DNA of 64,000 nt, taken from Lentisphaerae bacterium GWF2_45_14 (lineage in GTDB: Bacteria; Verrucomicrobiota; Lentisphaeria; Victivallales; GWF2-45-14). Position 1 is the first letter of the stretch, and every line of letters starts with the position of its first letter. The notes beneath the pieces were generated by a model. The model was given only the letters and a program-made list of their open reading frames with translations, did not search any database and had not been told where the DNA came from. Positions 54,224 through 64,000 of this stretch are shown in pieces. The translations under genes were made by a program, and so were the position numbers. The stretch is taken from contig MHBG01000072.1 in assembly GCA_001804785.1 (NCBI GenBank), forward strand, positions 53,002-117,001, read 5' to 3'.

Positions 54224-56614
54224 ATGTTGAACAAGACGATTATGTGCATTGCGTTTCTGGCGGCGGCATTAATACTGGACTCCTGCCAAACCCCTGCTTG
54301 CCACGGAAAGACGACGGCGAAAAAGCAACTGACGCTTACATCAAACGGCAAAACCGACTATCGGCTGGTTATTGCGGAATCTTGTCCCGAGCCGGAAAGA
54401 CTGGCTGCCACGCAGCTTCATGAATATCTCAAGAAACTAACCGGTGTCGATTTCCCCATCCTCAAAGAGAACCAGGTTCAGCCCGGCGGAAAAAACATCT
54501 TTATCGGCAATACGGCGGCGGCACGCGGCGCCGGTTATGATTCGACAACCTTCGACAAGGAAGAATGGCTGATAAAAACACTTCCTGACGGCGATGTAAT
54601 AATTGCCGGAGGACAGCCGAGGGGAACTCTTTACGGCACATTCGAGTTCCTTGAAAAGTTCGGCGATGTCGTATGGACTGACGAATATTCCGAATATGTC
54701 CCCATGGAAAAAGAATTTTCCATTCCGATTATCGACATTCGGGATAAACCCTGTTTCTGGCTGAGATCATTTGTTGGCGGCAGACCCGTTGACATGGAGA
54801 AATTCAAAATGTTTCACCTTCGGAATAAATATAATTACGCCTACATGGCGCCTGAGACGGGATCTAACGAAAAATACGGATCGCCCGGCATGTGCCACAC
54901 TTTTTACGCTTACTCTAAAGATTGGCCGCGGGATAAACCCGAGTATTTCTCACTGAATGACGACGGCCAGCGACTGCGGGCAAATGACGGCGGAGGCCCC
55001 GGTCAAATCTGCTTGATGAACAAGGACGTCAGAGATTTGATTTACAAGCGGCTCCTCAAGTATATCAAAACTGACCGCTCGGCATGCACCAAGTCCGGCG
55101 TGCCTTTTCCGCGCCTGTATGTGATAGAACAGAACGACAACATGCATTTCTGCAAATGTCCCGAATGCAAAGCTCTAGCCGAAAAGGAAGGCTCGTTTTC
55201 GGGCCCCATGCTAGATTTTATAAACGATCTCGCGGACAGAATCAAGAAAGATTATCCGGACATCTATCTTTCCTGCATCGCCTACACAAAACTGGCCGTA
55301 AGACCGCCAAAAACCATAAGGCCGCGCGACAATGTTTTGATTCGTGTTTGCGATTTGGGCGCGGAGTTTGGCGAGGGCGAGTCTGAATCGCTCCGGAAAG
55401 TTAGCGATCCTCAAAACGTGAACTTCAAGGAAATAGTCGAGTCATGGGGTAAAATCTCAAAACACATGGGTATATGGGAATACTGGGTGTTATACAATAA
55501 ACCGTTTGCCGTTCCGTACTCCGTTATCGGCAACCTTGAGGATGATTTTCGCTTCTACAAGAAAAACCATGTTGAGACAATGCTCGTTGAAAGCGAATAC
55601 ACTGAACAGACCAGTTTTTTCGCGCTTAAGCGTTGGCTGGGACTCAAACTGATGCAGAATCCGGATCTTTCCGTAAAACCGCTTGTCGAGAAATTCATGA
55701 AAGCTTACTACGGCAAGGCCGCCGGGACTATGAGCGACTACCTGGACTACCTGGAAAAACGGCAGAATGAGAACCCGGAGGAACGATACGGTAAAATGTC
55801 ACCCTATCAGTATAAGTACCTTGATCTTGATTTTTTCGTGACTGCCAACAGTTTACTCGACAAGGCGGGAGTCCAGGCTCGCGACGACAAGGATGCATCA
55901 ATCCATATCCGGCATGAGCGGGTCCCCGTGGATTCGGCGATGCTCTCTCTCTGGAAAAAACTTGAAAAAGATTCCAACGCGAAACTTCCCTTTTCCAGGA
56001 AAGAAATATTGGCTCGCTACGAGACAAATGGACTGGAGCAGATAGCGCGATTTGTCCCGAACAGCGGTCTGGGCAAAGACAAGTTATGCATCTCGAAGGA
56101 CGAATTCAACAATCGGATAACTGCACTTAAACTTGATCTCCAGCCTCCGGAACATATCAAAAATCCGGCGATGCTGGAAGATATTTTTTGGGCAGAAATG
56201 AGAGAATTACCACATTTAGGCTCAACGATAACTGATGATAAGGATGCATGCGGCGGCAAGGCACTGAAGCTCGTCAATGTTAAAAAAATCGAAAACTTTT
56301 TCGGCGGCCCACTAGAGGTTTACGTATACAACACAACACTTAAGAAGCGAGTTCTCAGCGCCAATATACAGCGAAGCGAAATCATCGCAGACGGAAAATA
56401 TCACTGGTACGATCTCGGCAAGGTATCAATAACCCCCGGATCGATACTGATGCTCCACAGAACATCACATCTGCAGACACCTCTGGATAAGGCTGTCAAT
56501 CCAAACCCTGAATGGAATCTACAGCTTTCGCTAAAGTTTAGCGGCCCAGCTTACATTACGGGATCGAAGGAAGAAGACGCAATCTGGCTGGACCGGATAG
56601 TGTTGACCAAATAG
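54224..56614 (+). CDS. DUF4838-like lipoprotein (glycan-active, GH20/GH67-N-like architecture)
   Basis: 796 aa. Signal plus Cys (AAALILDSC). KTDYRLVIAESCPEPERLAATQLHEYLKKLTGVDFPI is the typical DUF4838 N-terminal block. The C-terminal part is beta-rich. Confidence 0.65.
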   Translation: MLNKTIMCIAFLAAALILDSCQTPACHGKTTAKKQLTLTSNGKTDYRLVIAESCPEPERLAATQLHEYLKKLTGVDFPILKENQVQPGGKNIFIGNTAAARGAGYDSTTFDKEEWLIKTLPDGDVIIAGGQPRGTLYGTFEFLEKFGDVVWTDEYSEYVPMEKEFSIPIIDIRDKPCFWLRSFVGGRPVDMEKFKMFHLRNKYNYAYMAPETGSNEKYGSPGMCHTFYAYSKDWPRDKPEYFSLNDDGQRLRANDGGGPGQICLMNKDVRDLIYKRLLKYIKTDRSACTKSGVPFPRLYVIEQNDNMHFCKCPECKALAEKEGSFSGPMLDFINDLADRIKKDYPDIYLSCIAYTKLAVRPPKTIRPRDNVLIRVCDLGAEFGEGESESLRKVSDPQNVNFKEIVESWGKISKHMGIWEYWVLYNKPFAVPYSVIGNLEDDFRFYKKNHVETMLVESEYTEQTSFFALKRWLGLKLMQNPDLSVKPLVEKFMKAYYGKAAGTMSDYLDYLEKRQNENPEERYGKMSPYQYKYLDLDFFVTANSLLDKAGVQARDDKDASIHIRHERVPVDSAMLSLWKKLEKDSNAKLPFSRKEILARYETNGLEQIARFVPNSGLGKDKLCISKDEFNNRITALKLDLQPPEHIKNPAMLEDIFWAEMRELPHLGSTITDDKDACGGKALKLVNVKKIENFFGGPLEVYVYNTTLKKRVLSANIQRSEIIADGKYHWYDLGKVSITPGSILMLHRTSHLQTPLDKAVNPNPEWNLQLSLKFSGPAYITGSKEEDAIWLDRIVLTK

Positions 56615-56623
56615 TCGCGGCCG

Positions 56624-58000
56624 CTATCGCAGCGTATCCGCTTCGCTTATGCTGCGCTGTCCTCTTGATCTTTTCAACTCGGCTTCTATTATTACAGGCT
56701 CAGGTTCGCCGACCTGGGCCATCCTATTTTTGAGGCGTTTACGCATGACGTTCTTTACTTCGATATAGCCTTCATGGCTAATCTCGTTTGACTGCTGCCA
56801 CGGATCGGCCTTGTTGTCATAAAGGAAAGCTTCATGAAAAACCCAGTCACCCTTCAAGTTTTCGCCGCTGTCGCCTTTGCGTTCTATGGCGTATGTCCAA
56901 CGGTGAGTCCTTACCACACGTCCGAGAGTAAGACCGTCACAATATTCGGCGAGAATTTCTCCCGGCCATTCTTCTTTCACTTTTGAATCACGGCAGATAA
57001 GCGGCATGAAAGAGCGCCCCTGCATGGATTCGGGAATACGAATGCCGCAGGCATCAAGAAGTGTCGGCGCCACATCTACAAGACTTATCATCTCCTGAAT
57101 TCGTCCGCCTCCGTCAAAACCAGGACCGCATAAGGCCATTGGAATTCGTATGGATGAGTCGTGGGGGGAACGTTTGTATTCGCTGTTGCGGGTTTTGAAG
57201 TGGCATCCGTGGTCGGTGGTGAAAAGTATTATTGTATTTTCAAGCTGTCCGGTACTGCGGAGAGCGTCACGTATCCTTCCCAGGCATTCATCAAGTCGCT
57301 TTACCATACCGTAGTAACCTGGCAGGTGACGGGCCGAGGTCCCCCCGAGCGCCTGCAAATCGGGAGGAGTCCAGCATTCGGATGCGTACTTTTCCTCACT
57401 ACCCTCTGGTGCCGGATAGTCGTCGCGGGTATTCTGAAAGTGTGGCTCCAGGCATGAAGACATCAGGAAGAATGGTTTGTCCTTTTTTTCAGCCAAATAA
57501 CGAATAACGGCATCGGCATAGCCGTCGGAGCGGTATCCGGGCAATTCCACTCTATTTCCGTCATTGTCGCAAAGCCATGCGCTATAGGCATCAGAGTCTG
57601 TCTCTACGGAGTTCATTCCAAGCCAGGAATCATAACCTTTACGGAATTCTTTCGGTACACGCTTATCTTCTAACTTAGTCCGCGCCATGTGCCATTTGCC
57701 GATGTAGGCCGTTGTATATCCTGCTTCCTGAAAATAATGGCCTAAAGTTTTTTCGTCTTCTTCAAGGGCCCCGTTGTTGTTATAGGCCTCGAGAGTTGAA
57801 GCATATTTGCCGGTCTGGAGCGACATTCTGGCTGGCACGCATACCGGCTGGCACGTAAAAGAATTGAAGCAGTGGGTTCCATTCACAGCCATACGGTCGA
57901 AGTTTGGAGTAAGCCTCATTGGGTTACCGTGGACTCCGGTGGTATCAAAGCGCTGCTGATCGGTGAAAAAAATAAGAACATTCGGCTTTTTCGTTTTCAT
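56624..58000 (-). CDS. Cys-type sulfatase without a signal peptide
   Basis: 458 aa. MKTKKPNVLIFFTDQQRFD begins directly at the catalytic core. Formylglycine motif CQPVCVPARMSLQTGKY (C-x-P-x-R). Also GKWH and TTDHG. Confidence 0.88.
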   Translation of the reverse strand: MKTKKPNVLIFFTDQQRFDTTGVHGNPMRLTPNFDRMAVNGTHCFNSFTCQPVCVPARMSLQTGKYASTLEAYNNNGALEEDEKTLGHYFQEAGYTTAYIGKWHMARTKLEDKRVPKEFRKGYDSWLGMNSVETDSDAYSAWLCDNDGNRVELPGYRSDGYADAVIRYLAEKKDKPFFLMSSCLEPHFQNTRDDYPAPEGSEEKYASECWTPPDLQALGGTSARHLPGYYGMVKRLDECLGRIRDALRSTGQLENTIILFTTDHGCHFKTRNSEYKRSPHDSSIRIPMALCGPGFDGGGRIQEMISLVDVAPTLLDACGIRIPESMQGRSFMPLICRDSKVKEEWPGEILAEYCDGLTLGRVVRTHRWTYAIERKGDSGENLKGDWVFHEAFLYDNKADPWQQSNEISHEGYIEVKNVMRKRLKNRMAQVGEPEPVIIEAELKRSRGQRSISEADTLR

Positions 58001-59358
58001 TTTTTACTTTCCTTTTTTAAATTGTTAATTGTTTTAAACTGTTCTTCCTCAAATTTATGGGCTTTGGCATTTTCTTCCTCGGGAGAGCATATTTTTCTGA
58101 GTTCTTTCTCCAGTGCCGCCGCGTTGTCCGGATTTGAATAAATCAGATTTTTCAATTCGTTTGGGTCCTCTGCAAGATTGAACAACTGATTTTCAGCTTC
58201 CATGTTGAATATGAGTTTCCATTTACCCTTGCGCACCATAAATGCGCCGCTCCTTGTTCCATGTCCATGATATTCCGAGAAGACAACCCGCTCCCCGTCG
58301 TATTCGGGGATTTGATTCAAAGGAATGCCTGTACATTCCGAAGGCTGCTCTATGCCAAAGGAAGCAAATATGAATGAGGTAAGGTCAAGCAATTCTGTAG
58401 GGGTTCTGACAATATGATTGCGTTTAAAATCAGGACCCGCGGCAATCATCGGAATGCGGACAGAATCCTCATAAAGAGAGCATTTCCACCACATGCCGAA
58501 TTTACCGAGCATTTCGCCGTGGTCGGAAGTATAGACGATATTCGTATTCCCAAGAAGAGCACTTTCTTCAAGGGTAGTGATTATACGGCCAAGCATTCTG
58601 TCTACGAAACTTACACATCCATAATAACCGCGCCTGAGGCCTTTCATCTGATTTTCGCTGAAAAGATCAGTTCTGAAGTGCTTACGCAGGTCTTTCGCAT
58701 AAGGGTGCGCGGACGATTCAAAGTCGGTTCCAAACTTGTGCAGGTCTTCCCTTTCTGAATATCGATCCCATAGATCCTTCGGGCAGAAATGCGGAAAATG
58801 TGGATTTACAATGTTAACACAAAGTACCCACGGAGATGTCAAACACAGCTTCCCGTTTTTGAGCATTTCTACGGCCTTATCCACACATTCAACGTCACTT
58901 GAACACTCTTCTTTATATCCGAAGCCGTCGGCTCTTTTTTCGGCTCCATAGCGTATGGAAAGGGGACGCCGACAATGATCTGTATCGCCTGGCTCTTTGC
59001 GTTCGCCGGGGTTTATCATGGCCGAAAACCCCAACTGGGAAGCTGGAGCATAAGCGTCTGTTTTTCCTATGTGGACAGAGTATATACCGTTGTCTTTCAA
59101 GATTTTCCCATAGCTCGGAAACTCTTTTCTCAGGTTCACATTACAATTGCTGTATGCCTGTATCTGATGTACCCTTCTTCCTGAAATAAAGGCCGAACGG
59201 CTTGGCAGACAAAGCGGAGAAGGACAGTAAGTATTCTGATACAACGTGCCTATATCCGCCAATTTCTGCATATTCGGGGTATGAATAAATTCATGCCCGT
59301 ACGGGGACGAATAGAAGGGGTTATGTTCGTCAGACATTAATATCACAAGATTATTCAT
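57997..59358 (-). CDS. Cys-type sulfatase without a signal peptide
   Basis: 453 aa. MNNLVILMSDEHNPF... Motif PSPLCLPSRSAFISGR (C-x-P-x-R). Also YTSDHGEMLG. ATGA overlap with the downstream sulfatase. Confidence 0.88.
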   Translation of the reverse strand: MNNLVILMSDEHNPFYSSPYGHEFIHTPNMQKLADIGTLYQNTYCPSPLCLPSRSAFISGRRVHQIQAYSNCNVNLRKEFPSYGKILKDNGIYSVHIGKTDAYAPASQLGFSAMINPGERKEPGDTDHCRRPLSIRYGAEKRADGFGYKEECSSDVECVDKAVEMLKNGKLCLTSPWVLCVNIVNPHFPHFCPKDLWDRYSEREDLHKFGTDFESSAHPYAKDLRKHFRTDLFSENQMKGLRRGYYGCVSFVDRMLGRIITTLEESALLGNTNIVYTSDHGEMLGKFGMWWKCSLYEDSVRIPMIAAGPDFKRNHIVRTPTELLDLTSFIFASFGIEQPSECTGIPLNQIPEYDGERVVFSEYHGHGTRSGAFMVRKGKWKLIFNMEAENQLFNLAEDPNELKNLIYSNPDNAAALEKELRKICSPEEENAKAHKFEEEQFKTINNLKKESKK

Positions 59359-59361
59359 AAC

Positions 59362-60072
59362 TCATTCTCCTGTTATAAAGCTTGATAGTGATTTTGAAAT
59401 TTGCAGAGCTGATTTTTCCACAAACTTCCGGTATGTATTTTTTTCGTCGTCGCTTATGCTACCGTCTATCTTGCTGATGCCGACAACTCCGGCGAAACTA
59501 CCATCACACCCGTAAAAGACAGGCGACAGAAATCTGATTCCTTTTCCGGGTTCTGTGCCGACATAAAATCTTTCCTTTCTTATCCTTTTCGACACTTTGC
59601 TTTCGCCGGTATCGCCAACATCCTGAAAGGCATGCGAGACAATATTGAAGCCATTTATGGGAGAAGTGTTTTTTGAATTTAGCGGTATATAATGATATGA
59701 GGACGGCATTTCATATTTTGCCCTGAAAACAAATCCGTCCTTCAAAAATTCGGCAAAGGCTGCGGATTCTTCAGAAAGCAAGGCCAACCGTTCGACAAAG
59801 GGAGCGACTGTTTCAGATATATTGATCCCGCCTGAAAGCCTCTTCGCCGCATTGATAAAATTGATTCCGGCAGAATAATGACCCGTCGAACTTCTTGACA
59901 CCCATCCGGCGTCATTCATTGCCCTAAGCAGCCTGGAAAGGGTGGGTGAAGGCAGACCGGCAAGAAACTCCTGAAGCTTTCCGAAAGGTAACCCGGAAGG
60001 ATTCCTTGATAAAAGGTCAAGCATTTCAAGACCTCTCCACAAACCTATTAGATGCCTTCCGTCTTCTGCCAT
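59362..60072 (-). CDS. IclR-family transcriptional regulator
   Basis: 236 aa. N-terminal winged HTH (GLEMLDLLSRNPSGLPFGKLQEFLAGLPSPTLSRLLRAMNDAGWV) plus a C-terminal effector-binding domain. 3 nt upstream of the sulfatase pair. Confidence 0.8.
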   Translation of the reverse strand: MAEDGRHLIGLWRGLEMLDLLSRNPSGLPFGKLQEFLAGLPSPTLSRLLRAMNDAGWVSRSSTGHYSAGINFINAAKRLSGGINISETVAPFVERLALLSEESAAFAEFLKDGFVFRAKYEMPSSYHYIPLNSKNTSPINGFNIVSHAFQDVGDTGESKVSKRIRKERFYVGTEPGKGIRFLSPVFYGCDGSFAGVVGISKIDGSISDDEKNTYRKFVEKSALQISKSLSSFITGE

Positions 60073-60185
60073 TTTAATTACTTTTTAGTTATTAAGTAAT
60101 GTTAATATAACTGATATGTACAAAAAAAGCAAGCCATTGAGGAAATAAAGCTAAAGTGGTCCCTAAAGTTGGAGCGATTGAATAA

Positions 60186-60263
60186 CTGAAGAAGAACTAC
60201 GACAGCAAGTTCAAAAGCCGCGTGGCGCTGACGGCATTGAGGGGATTATATCACAACGGATGA
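60186..60263 (+). pseudogene. Possible IS3-family OrfA (HTH) N-terminal remnant
   Basis: Translating 60186..60263 gives LKKNYDSKFKSRVALTALRGLYHNG-stop. xYSxEFKxxVALEALRG is the typical start of IS3-type OrfA proteins. There is no start codon, and the frame ends about 20 aa in. Confidence 0.3.
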
Positions 60264-60412
60264 GACCTATTTCGGCGCTTGTAATCCGTGCTCGAATGCT
60301 ATATGATTATGCGGAGCTTTGTAAAAGTACTCCAGCTTAGAGGCTAAGCGAATCTTGAAATAATCATCATAACGGTTTATCTTCAGCTATATAAAAAGGA
60401 GGGGGGTACCGA

Positions 60413-60811
60413 ATGAAATCCCTTATTGGCGTTATTGTTGTTATTCTGGCGGGGGCATTTTTCCTATATATCGGCGTCTTTGAAAATCCTGGTCGCAGGA
60501 ACTTTAACTCAAAAGGGGATATGGAAAAATGGATTGACCGGAGACACAATCATGGGCATTTGAAGGGCCAGTTTACAATGGGCGGCACCAGTGTACTTGT
60601 ATATATTGACCCGCCCGATTCGACTCCCCAGATGGGACGTGTTTCCATATTCAAATCAGGTGATGAAGGAAAATGGTATCTTGTTCTTGCGGCCGACCGT
60701 CCCGAAAGGAAGCTTTTTTTTGACACCAAGAACGACACAGTAACGGTCTACGATAAAACAACAATGAAAAAAATAATCATCGTTCCCAGCCCCTTCTTCA
60801 CCTCGTTTTAG
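60413..60811 (+). CDS. Small membrane-anchored hypothetical protein
   Basis: 132 aa. Strong RBS (AAAAGGAGGGGGG, 7 nt before the ATG) and an N-terminal TM helix LIGVIVVILAGAFFLYIGVF. Confidence 0.55.
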   Translation: MKSLIGVIVVILAGAFFLYIGVFENPGRRNFNSKGDMEKWIDRRHNHGHLKGQFTMGGTSVLVYIDPPDSTPQMGRVSIFKSGDEGKWYLVLAADRPERKLFFDTKNDTVTVYDKTTMKKIIIVPSPFFTSF

Positions 60812-61237
60812 GAAGAACGGCGCGATTCTATTTCAAGGCTGACCGCCCTGAGAATAGGGCGGTTGAAAGAAGGAATATCGACGATTTTCAAGGTTTCTTC
60901 GTGCGTAAACCAGCCCATGCGTTCACCCTCGTGCAGAACAAGTTTCTGTGAAGAATCGTAGAACTCGATAAAAACAGATCGCTTTATTTCGCGCGGCGGA
61001 TCTTTATGGCAGTATTCCTCTTCAAGCAGAAAGCCGGGGTTCGCTATCTCGTATTCGAGTTCCTCATATATTTCCCTTTTCAATGCCTCAAGCGGGCTTT
61101 CGCCACTTTCAATACCTCCACCAAAAAATCCCCACACCCCGGGAAAAACAGGAGCGTCTGCGGTACGTTTCTGAAGGAGCATTCGTTCATTTTCGTCATA
61201 GAGGATAAGTATCGCTACTTCCCTGCGAGGCAATTTG

Positions 61238-61257
<20 letters not shown>
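60808..61257 (-). CDS. NUDIX hydrolase
   Basis: 149 aa. Nudix box GGGIESGESPLEALKREIYEELEYE. Confidence 0.85.
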
Positions 61258-63324
<2,067 letters not shown>

Positions 63325-63423
63325 TTATTTCCTCGATTAAAAAATATTATGCGTTTTCATTTAAATAGCAAAAAGACTTACCATAGTCAGGAATCACGAA
63401 AATACAAATATGGGAAAGCTCTT

Positions 63424-63975
63424 TCAGCGCGTACCCTTGAGAAGCTCGTTCACTGATACGCCGTTTATAAAAAGGTCTTCTATGACGGCGGTACCGTTCA
63501 ATATTCTGACGCTTACCCATGACGGGGAGGCGTCCTTGCTACGTCTGGCATTATAACGTCTTTCGGCCTCCGGTGCTTTTTCCTCGTTCATATAATACCT
63601 GTCGAAGCCGATTTGGACACGGATTTCGCCTCCGTCCGCCCATTTGCAGCGTGTCTTATAATAATTGGAAGTTGCCGGCTTTTCCTTTGATGCTTTTGAA
63701 AAATACGCAAAACCGTCTTTGTCGTTTTCGACAACGAGAAAAACGCTCTCCCCATACGAAAAAAGATGTCCGGTATTTTTCACAGAATCATTCTCTATGC
63801 TGAGGGTTACATATTTGCCGCGGAATGGATCGCTCGGGTCGACCGGCGCGGTTTTGAACCTAAAAACTTCGCCATTGCCAAGAACCGTCTCATACTTATA
63901 TATCATAGAGGACGGTACAGCAAACTGCGCGAGCGTGGCAAGGATGAAAAGAGCTATGAGTAACCGCTTTTTCAT
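63424..63975 (-). CDS. Membrane-anchored GDYXXLXY-domain-like protein
   Basis: 183 aa. N-terminal signal/anchor, then FKTAPVDPSDPFRGKYVTLSI resembling the DPRDLxRGDYVxLxY motif region (the motif is partly degenerate here). Confidence 0.5.
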   Translation of the reverse strand: MKKRLLIALFILATLAQFAVPSSMIYKYETVLGNGEVFRFKTAPVDPSDPFRGKYVTLSIENDSVKNTGHLFSYGESVFLVVENDKDGFAYFSKASKEKPATSNYYKTRCKWADGGEIRVQIGFDRYYMNEEKAPEAERRYNARRSKDASPSWVSVRILNGTAVIEDLFINGVSVNELLKGTR

Positions 63976-64000
63976 GCCTTCTCCTTTTTCAACCGTTTAC

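Noticed and set aside
60077-60100. AT-rich inverted repeat ATTACTT-N10-AAGTAAT upstream of iclR as an IclR operator
   Set aside because: The arms are only 7 bp in very AT-rich sequence, so the chance expectation is high.
63976-64000. Possible 3' end of another minus-strand gene (TAA at 63999..63997)
   Set aside because: Only 25 nt are available, so it cannot be supported.

Overview
64-kb bacterial chromosomal window, mid GC by eye. I found no rRNA, tRNA or CRISPR array. Gene content suggests an anaerobic member of the PVC superphylum (Lentisphaerota/Kiritimatiellota-like). That is inference from three DUF1559/HX9DG pseudopilin-like genes, sulfatases, a DUF4838 protein, ThiH and a clostridial-type Etf.

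Left half (1-34 kb) is core metabolism packed into very long, tightly coupled operons:
(a) typA, partial and absent from the ORF track.
(b) A ~9.5-kb minus-strand sulfur operon: Rrf2 regulator, cysK, two Cys/Met PLP enzymes, thiS, thiF, a LarE-like PP-loop enzyme, mnmA, a BioB-like radical SAM enzyme, nifS, nadA.
(c) Divergent thiG-thiH.
(d) MTHFR-like protein, EtfB, EtfA, a pterin-binding methyltransferase, an amidohydrolase and a His-tailed DMT transporter.
(e) An ~11.4-kb minus-strand operon joining sulfate assimilation (cysH-cysD-cysN/C-like-sulfite reductase) to a complete siroheme branch (SirC::HemA fusion, HemC::CobA::HemD fusion, hemB, hemL).
(f) A small Cys protein, an alkaline phosphatase and a YbiT-like ABC-F ATPase.

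Right half (34-60 kb) is an accessory glycan-utilisation region:
- a large polytopic membrane protein;
- two LacI-controlled loci separated by an IS4/IS701-like transposase;
- three repeated pairs of a pseudopilin-like gene followed by a large lipoprotein with CAZyme-like features;
- a cytoplasmic module (M24-like hydrolase, amidohydrolase_2, ASRT-family protein, two tandem uncharacterised paralogs);
- an IclR regulator with two signal-peptide-less sulfatases.

The window ends with NUDIX, GT2, purA and a GDYXXLXY protein.

The supplied ORF track writes M for TTG/GTG first codons. I re-derived several starts from the DNA, and most of them give ATGA/TGATG stop-start coupling. All family assignments come from motif recognition by eye. 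No database search was run.
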